DNA of 64,000 nt, from contig NC_090399.1 of NCBI RefSeq assembly GCF_036365525.1, positions 64,784,862 to 64,848,861 on the forward strand. The letters are read 5' to 3'. The first letter of the stretch is position 1, and the number at the start of each line of letters is the position of its first letter. Under the pieces are notes generated by a model. The model searched no databases. It was not told the DNA's origin and saw nothing but the letters and a program-made list of their open reading frames with translations. Below, piece after piece: positions 10,612-23,187 of the stretch. This DNA is from Heterodontus francisci (lineage: Eukaryota). Both the position numbers and the translations under genes were made by a program.

Positions 10612-10952
10612 TGGCGCAGTGGTTAGCACCGCAGCCTCACAGCTCCAGCGACCCGGGTTCAATTCTGGGTACTGCCTGTGTGGAGTTTGCAAGTTCTCCC
10701 TGTGTCTGCGTGGGTTTCCTCCGGGTGCTCCAGTTTCCTCCCACATGCCAAAGACTTGCAGGTTGATAGGTAGATTGGTCATTATAAATTTCCCCTAGTA
10801 TAGGTAGGTGGTAGGGAAATATAGGGACAGGTGGGGATGTGGTAGGAATGTGGAATTAGTGTAGGATTAGTATAAATGGGTGGCTGATGGTCGGCACAGA
10901 CTCGATGGGCCGAAGGGCCTGTTTCAGTGCTGTATCTCTAAACTAAACGAAA
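10612..10952 (+). mobile_element. V-SINE (HE1-like) ~135 nt downstream of the copy 1 stop codon
   Basis: Same SINE consensus; absent at the equivalent site in copy 3 (~52188). Confidence 0.9.
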
Positions 10953-11289
10953 CAAATGAAAGGTAAAGAATGTAAAAATGGATAACATGGTTATACATGA
11001 AATACTCCATCATTAATTTGGCCACTAAGTTTGTGGTTTTAGAGCAACAATACACCATCTAATTTATTCCACATAAAGGAGAGATATTGCTAATAAAAAA
11101 ATGTCCCGACATGCACTATAATGCACAGTTGAATGAACACATGTAAACATTTTGTTTCCAGAACAAACTCACATAGTTTATAAAAGGGAAAATTGCAGGA
11201 AAAAAGATGCCTCAAAAAAGATGTCTAAAGGTTATCAAATGTTTGGAAAACATCTGTTCATTGACATTACCTTGACTCTCTCTCTTTCC

Positions 11290-12030
11290 CTAACAGAATT
11301 TCATGGTATTCCCCATATTTGTTAGCCAACTCCAAGGGACAGATACTTGAGCATTATTGCTACACAACTGGATCTTGCTGGAGCACATGAAGCTGGCCTC
11401 ACTTTCTCTAAGCACCTAATCTCCAGGGTCACCCTGAAATGCAAAGATAACCCCTGTGTCTTTTTCATTACCATTAGCCTTTTTATAGCCTGATCCCCTG
11501 CCTGCTCCTGTCTCACCTCCAATGACAGGTGCATGAATGTCTTCACCACTTAGTTAAGAACATCCATTCACCTGCTTCTGTTGAAATTCATGTTTGCTTC
11601 CCATCAAACCAAACCTATCCGAGGCTCCCTTTGTCCTGGCACTGAACCAAATGCTTTTGCTGGCTGTCCCTGTCTCTATTCGAACTTGTCGTGTCCACAA
11701 AACCCACCGCCTGCTGTCTTGAGCTAGTTCCACTTTAATGACAACTCAACCTCTGTTCCATTATCCGATGTTAGTTGATAATTAACACCTGACCTTCTTC
11801 TCAGCTTCTGCCCCCTCCCTTTCAAAACCACCATTGAAAGCCCTTCCTCAAATGTCAATCCTCAACTCCTCTGTTCTTCCAAACTGTAACCACATGGCGA
11901 ACCCCAATTTTATCATCAAATTCCTTCAACATGTTACTTCCTTCCATATCCAAGCTCATATTTCTGAACATTCCAAATTTGATTCTCTTCAATCACACTC
12001 TCTGTGGGTGATGCACAATCCCTCTACAGG
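11290..12030 (+). mobile_element. Old, highly decayed L2-like LINE remnant (also ~33610-34350 and ~52540-53270)
   Basis: KALPQMSILNSSVLPNCNHMANPNFIIKFLQHV resembles the degraded pre-RT motif PLLKK..LDP..L.NYRPISNLPF.SK.LE; pyrimidine-rich strand. Confidence 0.5.
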
Positions 12031-12149
12031 ACCTCCTCAATCTCTCTGCAACCTATCATGTGGTTGACTACACCATCTCCTGTAATGTCTCTGAACCACT
12101 TCATGAAGACGTGTTTCCTGATTTCTCTCTTCAAAGGCCTGTTTTTTTT

Positions 12150-14250
12150 TTAGACTCTGCCCCCCCCCCCTCTAGCCTTAAACTCCCCAACCAGCAGAAG
12201 TTGTTTATCTCTCTCTAACCCACCTTTTCCTCTTAATATATTGAAAACATCGATCAAATCACCCCTTAAACTTCTAAATTGCAGTAAATGCAAATGTAGT
12301 TTGTGTAATATCCTCTTGTAAATTAACCATTGTCGTCCAGGTATCATCTTGGTAAATCATCGCCACTACACTCCCTACAAGGCTAATATATCCTTTGTAA
12401 GTTGTGCTGCCCCGAACTGCTCAATGTACTCCAGGCGTGGTTTAACCAGGGCTTTGTATACCTGAAGCATGACGTCTACTCTCTTGTATTCTACTCCTCC
12501 AGATATAAAAGCCAGAATTCCATTCGACGTTTTGATTGTGATTTGTCCCTGTTCATGTCATTTTAATGATCAATGTACCGGGATACACATGTCTCTTTGT
12601 TTCCAGCTTTCTACCATTTAGGAAGTAACCTGTTCTATCCTTTTAATGTCTCATGTTGATGACCTCACATTTTCTCACATTGAAAACCATTTACCACAGT
12701 TTTGTCTCTTCACTTAATCTATCAATATGTCTTTATATTTTTATCCTTCCATCTGCACTACTTACAACACTGGTCAGTAATTTACCTTCAATTTCATCAG
12801 CTTCAAATGTAGCTAACTGTTGCATTTATCAAATTTCTTCTGAAAATCTATATCAGTACAATTTGTAAGACATTCCCCTGCCCACTACTTTAGTCACCTC
12901 TTGATTTATCAGGCATGACCTAACCTTGACAAAGTCACACTGACTCCCTCTGATCAGCTGAAAATGTTCAAGGTGTTCAGTCACACTATCCTGAATGATA
13001 AGGATAATGCACTCTAACATTTCCTGACTGTGGATGTTAAGCTAACTGCTCTTTAATTCTCTGTGTTTCTGCTCTCTACTTTCTGAAATAGTGGATTGCC
13101 ACACATAGTTTTCTAATCTGAAGGAACAGTTCACGAATCGGGAGAGCTTTGGAAGATTATTTAACAAGATTATCACCCAGTTCCTATGAAAATTCCAGCA
13201 TGTAAACCATCTGGTCCTAGGGATTTCTCACTCTTAAACACAATTATATTTTTCACTTCTGTTATTTTCTGTGCGTTATTTTTGACTGATGCCTGCCCCT
13301 GATTCCACATTAATTTACGAGGAATGTCTGTCATGCTGACCTCTTCCTCTAATGTAATTAATGAACCAAAATAATTATTCAGCTGGTCGGCCCTTTCCTT
13401 ATTTTCAATGACAATATCACCACTAAATGTTTTCAAGGAACCCACATTGTTCCTCTTTTCCCCAATGTAACTGAAAGGTTTTTGTGTTGGTGTTGATATC
13501 TCTTGCATGGTTCTTTTCATACACAATTTTAGCAGCCTTTACTATCTGTTTTGTCATCAATTGCTGTTATTCTATCTTTCCCAATGGTCAGGATATGTGT
13601 TTTTATTTACATTTTGTATGCTTTCTCTTTCAGTTTTATGTTTCATCTTAAATCTTTAGTTGCTCATGACTGTTTATTGGCTAGTTTGTATTTTGCCCCT
13701 GAGGGTATATACTGGTTCTGTATCATATTACATACTTTTTGATCATCTTCCACTGTTCTTATGTCATTTTACCCATGAACAGATTTGTCCAGTTTACTGT
13801 GGACACTGTTTCATCCCATTGAGTCAGCCTTACTTAAATCTAGAATCTTAGTAACTGTTTTGTGATTCTCCATTTCAAACACTCCGTTAAACTCAATAAT
13901 ATTATCATCGAATGGTTATAGCACAGAGGAGGCCATTTGTCCCATTGTGTCTGTGCCATTCTCTCCCTAGTCTAGTCCCACTTCCCCGCCTTTTCTTTGT
14001 ATCACTGCATTTCATTTCTCATTCAATTCCCTTTTGAAAGCCATGATTGAATCTGCCTTCATCGTACTCTCAGGCAGTGCATTCCAGATCCTAATCACTC
14101 ACTGTGTAAAAAGCTTTTCATTATGTCACCGTTGCTTATTTTGCCAATCACTTTAACTCCGTCTCCTCTGATTCTCGATCCTTCCACAACAGGAACAGTT
14201 TCTCCCTATCGACTGTATCCAGATCCATCATGGTATTGACTGTCCTCCTC
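12150..14250 (-). mobile_element. Decayed CR1 LINE ORF2 fragments (also 34470-36560 and 53400-56340)
   Basis: Minus-strand peptides LRGDLIDVFNILRG and ENKERADQLNNYFGSL..KSLGPDGLH, plus CR1 3' UTR-like sequence at 13910-14230. Confidence 0.75.
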
Positions 14251-14729
14251 TAAAATCCTTCATTAATGGTCATTTTTAACCAACTATCTTCAATGTCCCA
14301 GCAAACATTTATTTCTGACTGTGTCTATAATTCCTTTTGATAGCTTTTTTCTATGTGAAAGGTGCTATACAAATGCAAGTTAGTTTTTTTTACTGTGTTT
14401 CCAGTTACAACACCGATGTTCAAAAGGAAAGGTGGGGCAATCGCTCTAAATTAAGACAATTCACCTTAACATCAGCAGTGGACAAGATCTTGAGAGCATA
14501 ATGTAGAGTAGTACTCAGTTGGCAATACACCAATTGATTACAGGAATACACAATTAGACACCATCCTTTGAAAACACATAATAGAGTCTCTTGTTTAGGA
14601 AAATACAGTTTATATTGTGCACACTGATTGACACAGACTGACAGTGTATTAATGAATCCAGTAGTTTGAGAATAAAGTTGATTCAGGACATTCAACAGAA
14701 AATACTGATGAATAGATGGAGGACTGAGG

Positions 14730-15550
14730 TCACAGGTCACTTTATAAAACAGTAGTTCGGCCTCAACTGGAGGATTGTGTCCAATTCTGGGCACTGCACT
14801 TTAGGATGGTTGTGAAGGATTTGGAGAGGGTGCAGAAAAGATTTATGAGAATGATTCCAGGAGTGAGGTGTCATGAGTTTCTTTGTTTTATCTTGAGCAA
14901 CACAGTGAGGTGCATGGATTCCAGTTCTTTGAAGATCTCTAGACAGTTTATTAACAGCTAAACTAGTACATACAATATGGAGCAAACTATATACAGAACC
15001 TTTGTCCAGGGTGTTACCATGCAGAGTGACTATCACTTCAAGTCACATGACTATAACCTAGTACTTATCTCATCAGCATACTGAGTTCTTAAAGGGACAT
15101 CACTCTTAAAGCAATCATACAACATGAGATACTGCATTATTGAGGATAGATTGGAGAAGCTGGATTTGTTCTCCTTAGAGAAGGTTGAGAGGAAATTTGA
15201 TGGAGGTGTTCAAAATCAAGAGGGGTTTGGACCGAGGAGATGGAGAGAGAGAGAGCAGACACACATTTTAGGTGATCAGCAAAAGAAACAAAGGCGACAT
15301 GAGAAAACTTTTCATGCACCAAGTGGTTAAGGACCCGGAATACACAGACTGAGAGTGTAGTGTTGGCAGATTCTATTGTGACTTTCAAAAGGGAAATGGA
15401 TAAGCACCTGAAGATAAAAAAAGTGCATGGTTATGGGGAAAGGGTGGGGGTATGGAACTGGCTGAGATGCTCTTGCAGGGAGCTGGCATGGGACTGGACA
15501 GGCCGAATGGCTTCCATCAGTGCCATGAAACATTCCATGATTCTATGATG
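14730..15550 (+). mobile_element. CR1 LINE 3' end interrupted by a solo LTR (also 37050-37510 and 56810-57630)
   Basis: LYKTVVRPQLEDCVQFW...RLEKLDLFSLE..., ending in (ttctatga)n. Confidence 0.8.
14869..15124 (-). mobile_element. Solo LTR, 256 bp
   Basis: Begins TGT, ends ACA, flanked by tgagg/tgaga, AATAAA on the minus strand, cleanly interrupts the CR1. Second copy at 56946-57200. Confidence 0.7.
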
Positions 15551-16484
15551 CTGGAATGTCACAGCATTGTCACCGGAGATCACAGGGCCTCAAAATAGAG
15601 ACATAGAGCAGTCACCATGAATGGTTCAGCACAAGTGTTGTTCCCAGAACACAAATACACTGGAGTTTTGCATTGGACAAATGATCAAAATGTACAAGTG
15701 AAAAGAATTCACTATCAGCCAGTGTGTAAGAGATTTCAGGAGGATGTTGACATTTTAGTAGATTGGGCACAGAGAAAATAGGAAAAATACATTGCAGAAT
15801 GAAATGAAAGGGATTGAGCAGCTGAAAGACATGAAACTTCCGATCTTTCAATTATATAGCACACCACATCTTCCAAAGCTGTCTCTGCTCTTCATTACCA
15901 TTGGTTTGCTCTCGAATTGCAGTCGCTGTGGTTCCTGGAGGTAGGTCTGACAGCAAATCTACACACAAGGTCCCACAAACAGCAATACGATAAATGCCCA
16001 GTTAAATTTGATGTGTTAATCGCATTAACGATGACCAAGTTAAGATGATAATAACAATGAGAGATATTTAATGATGAACACAGACTAGAGAAAGCTTTTA
16101 ATGAACTGACTGGAGAAATATTTTCACTCAAGTTGGTGAATTGAAAACGATAGGGCTCACATTAAATATCAAAATCGATGAAATTGTGGTGAAATCTCAC
16201 CCTCAAACTCTTTCATCCAACACTTTACTGAAAGCCTGATGTTATTTAACACAAACCGAAACAATGTTTATTCTCGAGCAAAGTCCACAAAATCACAGCT
16301 AAAGTTAATTTCCTCTTTAAGATTTTACTTGGAAATTCCCACATTCATTTGTTCTTCCAACTACAGAAACACAGAGAAGTTAAACAAATCTTTGGGCTCA
16401 ATCAGTCAGTGCTGGTGTTCATTATCACAACAGCAAATAGTTCACATGTACTCAGACTGTTTCCATATCCCCTCAATCAGTCAA

Positions 16485-16758
16485 GACAGCAGTTTGATTG
16501 GCCAAAACTCCACAAAGATGTGGTGGAGTACTGCAGGAGTTGCCACATGTGCCAGGGCAACCCCAAGCTGCAATGAAACCTGCACCCCTAAGTCCTGTAC
16601 TGGTGTTAGGAAGATTCTCCAGCAGAGGGCTGGTGAACTGTAAGGGACCCAAGCTAAGAACAAAAGGGGACAGGCAGACACAAGGCTGGAAAAAAGTTTA
16701 GAAAGAGAAGGGGAAAAAGTGACCAAGAGGGCAGGTTAAAGGAGGTCTGGGAGGAATC
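16485..16758 (+). mobile_element. Gypsy (Gmr1-like) integrase fragment (also 58555-58833)
   Basis: FDWPKLHKDVVEYCRSCHMCQ..KPAPLSPV is an integrase zinc-binding region. Confidence 0.8.
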
Positions 16759-16789
16759 TCTAATCTATCTTTGTAAATGAAGCATCTCA

Positions 16790-18330
16790 TCCTCATCCCA
16801 AGATCCATCCTCTTGAATCTTTTCTACACTCTCTCCAAAACTTTCACATCTTTCCCAAAGTGTGGTGCTCAGAACTGGACACAATACTCCAGTTGAGGCC
16901 GTACTAGTGTTTTATACAAGTTTAACATAACCTCCTTGCTCTTGTAATTTATGCCCCTATTAACAAAGCCTATGATAATGATCGCTTTATTAACCACTCT
17001 CTCACCTGTCCTGCCACCTTCAATGATTTATGCACAAAAACACCCAGGTTCCTCTACTGCTGCCACCTTTAGAATTGTACCCATTATTTTATATTGCCTT
17101 TCCTTGTTCTTCTTACCAAAATGAATCACTTCACACTTCTCTGCATTGAACTTCATTTGCCAATTGTCCGCCCATTCCACCAACATGTCTATGTCCAAAC
17201 ACCGTTCTATAAAATCCTCCTCACAGTTCACAATGATTCCAAGTTTTATATCATGTACAAATTTTGTAATTATGCTCTATACACCAAAGCCTAGGTATTA
17301 ATATATATCAGGAAGAGCAAGGGTCCCAACACTGATCCCTGGGGAACTTCACTACAAAACTTCCTCCAGTCCCAATAACATCCATTAACCACTGCTCTCT
17401 GTATCCTGTCACTTAGCCAATTTTGTATCCATCTTTCTACTGTTCCTTTTATTCCATGAGAAATAATTTTGCTCACAAGTCTGTTGTGTGACACTGTATC
17501 AAATGCCTTTTGGAAGTCTATGCACACCACATCAACAGCAATACCCTCATCAACCCTTTTATTTATTTATTTAGCGAAAAGGCACTGAAACAGGCTCTTC
17601 GGCACACCGAGTCTGTGCCGACCAGCAACCACCCATTTCTACTAATCCTACATTTATTCCATATTCCCTACCACACCCCCACCATTCTCCTACCACCTAC
17701 CTACACTAGGGGCAATTTACAATGGCCAATTTACCTATCAACCTGCAAGTCTTTGGCTGTGGGAGGAAACCGGAGCACCCGGCGCAAACCCACACAGTCA
17801 CAGGGAGAACTTGCAAACTCCGCACAGGCAGGATCCAGAATTAACCCAGGTCACAGGAGCTGTGAGGCTGCGGTGATAACCACTGCGCCACTGTGCCGCC
17901 CTCTCCATTACCTCTTCAATAAACTTCAGCAAGTTCGTTACACACAATTTTCCCTGAACAAATCCATGCTGGCTTTCCTTAATTAACCTGCATTTGTCAA
18001 AGTGACTATTCATTTTGTCTGGAATTATTGTTTCTAGAAGTTTCCCCACCGCCAAGGTCAAACCGACTGGCCAGTATTTGCTGGGTTTATCGTTACACCC
18101 TTTTTTAAACAAAGGCATAATATTTGCAATTCTCCATTCCTCTAGCACCACCCTGTGTTGAAGAAGACTGGAAAATTATGACCAGTGCATCTGCAATTTC
18201 CATTCTCACTTCCCTCATTATCCTTGGATGCATCTCATCTGGTCCTGGAGCCTTAACAACCTTTAAGTACAGACAACTTACCAATACCTCCTCCTGATCA
18301 ATTTTAAATGCCCTTTCATGTTAGCTACCA
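16790..18330 (-). mobile_element. CR1 LINE reverse transcriptase region
   Basis: EEWRIANIMPLFKKG, ESQHGFVQGK, IDFQKAFDTVSH, VPQGSVLGPLLFLIYIN, WQMKFNAEKCEVIHFG. Confidence 0.92.
17557..17901 (-). mobile_element. V-SINE (HE1-like) nested in CR1
   Basis: Reverse complement of the SINE consensus with a (taaa)n tail. Confidence 0.88.
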
Positions 18331-18864
18331 GTCTCCTTTCATAGCCTCTCTTTGCCCCTCTTATTGGCTTTTTCACTTCCCCTCTGAACCTTCGATATTC
18401 ACCTGGTTCTCCAACTGACATCTACTTTTACATTTTACTGGCATTTTACTTTATAAAATAAATACAAGACTGAGTGAGATTGGCCCCAGCATAATCCTTT
18501 CACAACAAGTTTTCTGGAGTATAACATCGTAGCAGAGGATGGTTTCCGAAAGGGGAAGGCTGGAAACTAAGAACATTTTTTTATCACAGAAAATTAAAAT
18601 CCCAGTGGCTATTGTGGAAAATGTCAGAAAGCAAGTGTAAATTGTCAGGGTATGATTACCCTCTGATGTTGTCTGAGTCTGAACCAGTGGAAGAATAAAG
18701 TAGATATGTGGACACGGGTTACATTCCTACGAAACGGCAAACAAAGTATGTCCTTGGTATTGTCACTTCCTATAGAACTAAAGTATTTCCTGAACTGGAA
18801 GCTCCTCAGTTGGAGACTGATGAAGGTTTGGATTTTTGTGTGAATTCTTGGATGAAATTTACAA

Positions 18865-20530
18865 ACAGGCTTGCTTAGGTTTAAAGAAAAAAAGTTGAAA
18901 TGTATTAAATTTAAACTCTAATTCTGATGAAGCCTACGAATAGACAACACGCCTACACAAGCATGCATACGCAATACACAGATGCAAATAGAGACAGAAA
19001 AGAGCAGAAGAAAAATAAAGTGGAAAAGTTTGAGGCAATATCTGAAGAGTTGTTGTTACAGTTCTTCGAGCTCACTGCAGAGTCCTTAATTGTATTTAGA
19101 TCTTACTTTTGATTGGGGCCCAATATTCTCCTTAAACTTTCTTCACTGTAGGAGACTTTTCTCTTTTGGAGTTCATGTGTCTTCAGTAGGTATTGGAGTT
19201 CCTGTAAATGCTGTTAGCAACTCTGGTGGGGTGTTTCCAGTGTCTGCATTTACATAGGAGGATGTGGGATCTAACTTTTCAAAATTTCTGGGGTTGGCTG
19301 ACCGGCCAGTAGGTGTTTTCATCTGGGATTCCTCCCAGACTTCCTCGAACCTGCCCTCTTAGTCACTTTTTCCCCTTCTCTTTCTGAACACTGTCTGCTC
19401 TTTGCTCTCAGGTCTGTGAGGAGAACTCCATTTCCTCATCAGTACCTCATTCTTTAAATAGTAACAATCAGGGACTCCATCTGCTTCACTTTCAGACTGT
19501 GCTAGCTCTCGCAATACTTGGTCGACTCGCAGAGCCTCAGCTCGGGAATATCCATTTGATTCATTCCCTGGGTCTCCTAACTTTCCAAAGAAAGTCTCGG
19601 ACAGACAGACCTCATGGTTATCTGCCTGCAGTGCCAATTCCGTCTCCTATGGGGGAGCTGGTTTGATCATGGCCTGATTCATGACACATTAAGGACAACT
19701 GCAGGGGACCGTCTCCTGCCACTGCCCTGTCTCTCTGACCTCCTGCGGTCTTTCATTCACTACTGGGGGAGGATACCACCTTCACCCCGCCAGATCATTA
19801 CTAAGGAGCAAGTCAACCCTGTCCACAGGCAAACTAGGGACCATCCCAATGGTCACTGGTACCAAAACTAGGTCACACTCCAGGTGCACCCAGTGCACAG
19901 GTACAGACATACACTGCTCTCCAATACCATTCACCACCATTCTGGGGTTCACTGCACTCGCTGGGGGAAAGGTCAGGCCTTTTCCCAGTAAAAGGGATCT
20001 AGTAGTCTCTGGGAATTACTGTGGGCTTGCTTGCCCCACTCGAGGAGTATGTGGTTACTTTCCCTCCACACAATACCCTGAGAACCTTCAGGAATCCTAT
20101 TAAATTTTCCTGCACTTGTCCTAGTAAATGTCCTGGGTTGCACTCTTACTGCAGTTAAAGCCCCAGTTTGTTCTGCTGTGCTTTCTATCAGGCTACCTCA
20201 GGGATGTGTCCTGATTAACCCTACAGTTTCAAGCTGTCGGATTTTAAATGCCCTGCTTTATTACAATGGAAGCACACAGGTCTCCGGGTCTCAGTCTTGC
20301 TCACAACACCTTCCATTTTGGCAAGAGGAGGGCCGCTGTTTTTCCTGCTTTCCTTTCTCTCCGAGGTCTGATGGGCTCAATCACGTTCTCATCCTTTGTC
20401 CCTTTCGGACCCTTCCTGACAGCTGTTTAGGAATTTTGGGGTTGTCAAAGTAGTTTCAGGGCCTGGGAAGGGGGTAAGAAATGGCTGTATAATGACCTGA
20501 AGAAATTAATTGAACATTTTAACAATAGCC
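18865..20530 (-). mobile_element. Internally deleted Gypsy/Gmr1-like LTR retrotransposon (gag knuckle, protease, pre-integrase region, part of LTR)
   Basis: CFHCNKAGHLKSD (~20235-20275), VPSLPVDRVDLLLSNDLAG, GVPDCYYLKNEVLMRKW. 18865-19385 is the reverse complement of 38665-39185. Confidence 0.75.
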
Positions 20531-20533
20531 AAG

Positions 20534-20620
20534 TCCCTCTCTCTCTATCTCTCTATCTCTCTCTCTATCTCTCTATCTCTATCTCTCTCTATCTCTACCT
20601 CTCTCTCTTTATCTCTCCCT
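20534..20620. repeat. (CT)/(CTAT) microsatellite
   Basis: Direct observation. Confidence 0.9.
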
Positions 20621-20624
20621 TAAG

Positions 20625-21305
20625 AAAAATTCTTCAGCAGCCTGCAAAAGCTGACACAGATACAAAATAGCAGTCAGGATAGATTTACACATTCAGCAGG
20701 GAAGCTGTTATCTAATGAAGGAGACAACATAGAAACTAACCTGCGTGTAGACATTGCCCAGCTTTATAAGGTGGAACCTCACGGCCCCCTGAACTAAACA
20801 ACTGTCCAGTGAAATGAACCAGACGTCCTTCCAAGACATAAGCAGAGGGGTGACCTCATTGACCGGGGGCTGAATGGGAGGCGTTTACTTTGGTTACCTG
20901 TCCTTTGGTAATTGGACAATTGGATGGGAAGATGTCATTGAAGAAGTGATTGTTATGAGAGAGCCACCAACCAATATAAATAAAGTATATAAAGGGCAGT
21001 CAGGAAGGATAAAGCGTGGACCAAGGGAGGAGACTCTTTACGGTTGATAGCTTCAGTTTAACTCCCTGATCAGCCTCAAGGCCTATAAGAGATTGTTAAA
21101 GCAGGCAGCAGAGACCAGGATATTCTGTCCATCTGATACAGGACCAGTAAACCTTCACCCCTGTCACAGGTCATATATCTACCATGTCTATTCTGATTAT
21201 GTGTTGCATTTGAACTATCGCTTCTCAATAAACCACTTCAAACATTTAAACTGAAATCTTTGTTCAACTATTTGAGCCATTTGTTACCCCTGATCAAATC
21301 TTACA
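20625..21305 (+). mobile_element. Probable LTR (5' end not defined)
   Basis: CCAAT then TATATAAA (~20986), AATAAA (~21228), terminal ...TTACA at 21305. Confidence 0.45.
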
Positions 21306-21325
21306 AGGGATTCAGGGGTTGGGGA

Positions 21326-21825
21326 TTTTTTTTTATTTGTTTATGGGATGTGAGCATCATTAGCAAGTGCAGCCTCTGTTACCCATCCCTAATTGCCCTT
21401 GAGAAGGTGGTGGTGAGCTGTCTTCTGACCACTGTAGTCCATGTGGTGTAGGTACATCCACAGTGCTGTTATAGAGAGAGGTCCAGGATTTTGACTGAGC
21501 CACACTGCGGGAACAGTGATACAGTACCAAATCCAGATGGTGTGTGACTTGGAGTAGAGGCCTGCTACCTGACCTGAACCCGACAGGACCCGACAACATG
21601 TGTTGGGTTCGGGTCAGGTCGGGACCATCTTCAGCGTACGGCTTTCGGGTTCAGGTCGGGTTCTTTTATCCTGACCTGAGCAGACCTCTAAATTGGAGGG
21701 AACTTGCTGGTGGTGGTGTTTCCATATTTCTGCTGCACTTGTTCCAGGTGGTAGAGATCGTGGGTTTGGAAGGTGCTGTTAAAGGAGACTTGGCGAAATG
21801 CTGAAGTGCATCTTCTGGATGGCAA
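21326..21825 (-). mobile_element. 3' end of the 2034-type LINE
   Basis: Reverse complement aligns with ~2455-2800; poly-T at 21327. Confidence 0.8.
21555..21690. mobile_element. Non-autonomous hAT-type MITE, 136 bp
   Basis: TIRs tagaggcctgct / agcagacctcta (11 of 12 complementary), 8-bp TSD acttggag / aattggag, internal acccga/tcgggt motifs. Confidence 0.8.
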
Positions 21826-22107
21826 ATGAAAAGACACACGACCGTAACATGTTGAACTGTTTACCTATACCAGATCATTCAGTGGGGCAGAATGGTGTTG
21901 GCAGTCTCACCGGTTGGGTGGTGGTGATCTCCTCGGTCTTCAGCTTTCTTGAGCTAACAAAGTGTTCGGCAGTCGTCAACATAGACTCGAGTTCAGGAAG
22001 CTCTCCTTCTCTACTTCTGTTCAAAGAAGATCAAAGATTTCCCTCCCAAGCACCTGTTGGGGAGGTGGTTAAATACAAATAATAAAAAAAATATGTAATT
22101 AAAAAAA

Positions 22108-22370
22108 AGCTAGTCTAATGGTGTCCATGAAACTATTGTTAATTGTTGTAAAAGCCCATCTGGTTCACTAATGTCCTTTCGTGAAGGAAATCTGCTGTCC
22201 TTATGTGGTCTGGCCTACATGTGACTCCTGACCTGCAGCAATGTGGTTGACTCTTAAATACCCTCTGAAATGGGCCAGCAAGCCATTAGGTTAAGGGCAG
22301 TCCGGGATGGGCAATAAATGCTGGCCTCGCCAGTGATGCCCACATCCTATGAATGAATCAATAAAAAAAA
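22108..22370 (+). mobile_element. SINE-like element: LINE 5'UTR joined directly to LINE 3' tail
   Basis: 22108-22288 aligns with 25140-25320; 22290-22370 aligns with 2728-2804; poly-A end. Confidence 0.8.
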
Positions 22371-22453
22371 CTTTATTTCTAGGGGCTGGTGAGTGTCCCA
22401 AGTCAATCATTTGTTCGATTCCAATTGCCCAGTCACCAAGGGACAGGTACTCG

Positions 22454-22585
22454 TAGGAACAAAGGAGCAGGAGTAGGCCACTCGGCCCTTCGAGCCTGCT
22501 CCGCCATTCAATACGATCATGGCTGATCTGATTGTGGTCTCAACTACACTTTCCTGTCTGACCCGCATAACCCTTGACTCCCTGT
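22454..22585 (-). mobile_element. CR1 3' UTR fragment
   Basis: ggagcaggagtaggccactcggcccttcgagcctgctccgccattcaat is a typical CR1 terminal hairpin region on the minus strand. Confidence 0.7.
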
Positions 22586-22949
22586 CTATAGAAACATAGG
22601 AACAGGGGTTACTCAAAGTAAACGCCTCCTCTATTCATCAATATGCTCCTGAAGTCAGCTTCCAGCTTATCTCATGCTTGGTAATATTTGTTAACTTCTA
22701 TCAGATACTTTTCTAAAGCGGGTATGAGGCTCCATCTTATCAGCTTTAGGAACGTCTTGCTTCAGAGCCTGTGCTCGAGTCATTCCCTCAGCAGAGATAA
22801 TAGACCTGCATTGTCCTGTGTCTGTCAGCCTGGCACACTGTGATAGAATCGTTCTTAATAAGAGAGAGAGAGAGAACTATTTCTACAATATTCAATTCAT
22901 TTTCTTAAGATTCTATCATGTTATGAGATAGACATTCTGTATAGTGCCA

Positions 22950-23187
22950 ATCCAGCGGGCTACTTTGTCCCGAATGGTGTTGAGCTTCTAGAATACTGTT
23001 GAGCTTCACCCATCCAGGCAAGTGGAGTCTATTCCAGCACATTCCTGACTCATTCCTTGTAGATGGTGGACAGGCTTTAGGGAGTCGGGAGGTGAGTTAC
23101 TCACCACAGAATTCCCAGCCTCTGACCTGCTCTTGTACCCATGCTATTTATAAGGTTGGTCCAGTTAAGTTTCGGGTCAATGGTAAT
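22950..23187 (-). mobile_element. Fragment of the 2034-type LINE RT C-terminus
   Basis: ITIDPKLNWTNLINSMGTRAGQRLGILW. Confidence 0.75.

Noticed and set aside
10494-10782. Recurrent ORFs such as MAQWLAPQPHSS and WEETGAPGGNP (also 7548, 17510, 23633, 54391)
   Set aside because: Chance translations of the SINE consensus.
15890-16010. Possible DeuSINE/L2-tail remnant (tcccacaaacagcaat)
   Set aside because: Too short and degenerate to call without a profile search.
18440-18740. Minus-strand open stretch with a hydrophobic segment (TLTIYTCFLTFSTIATGILIF)
   Set aside because: No convincing start or splice context and no motif I recognise.
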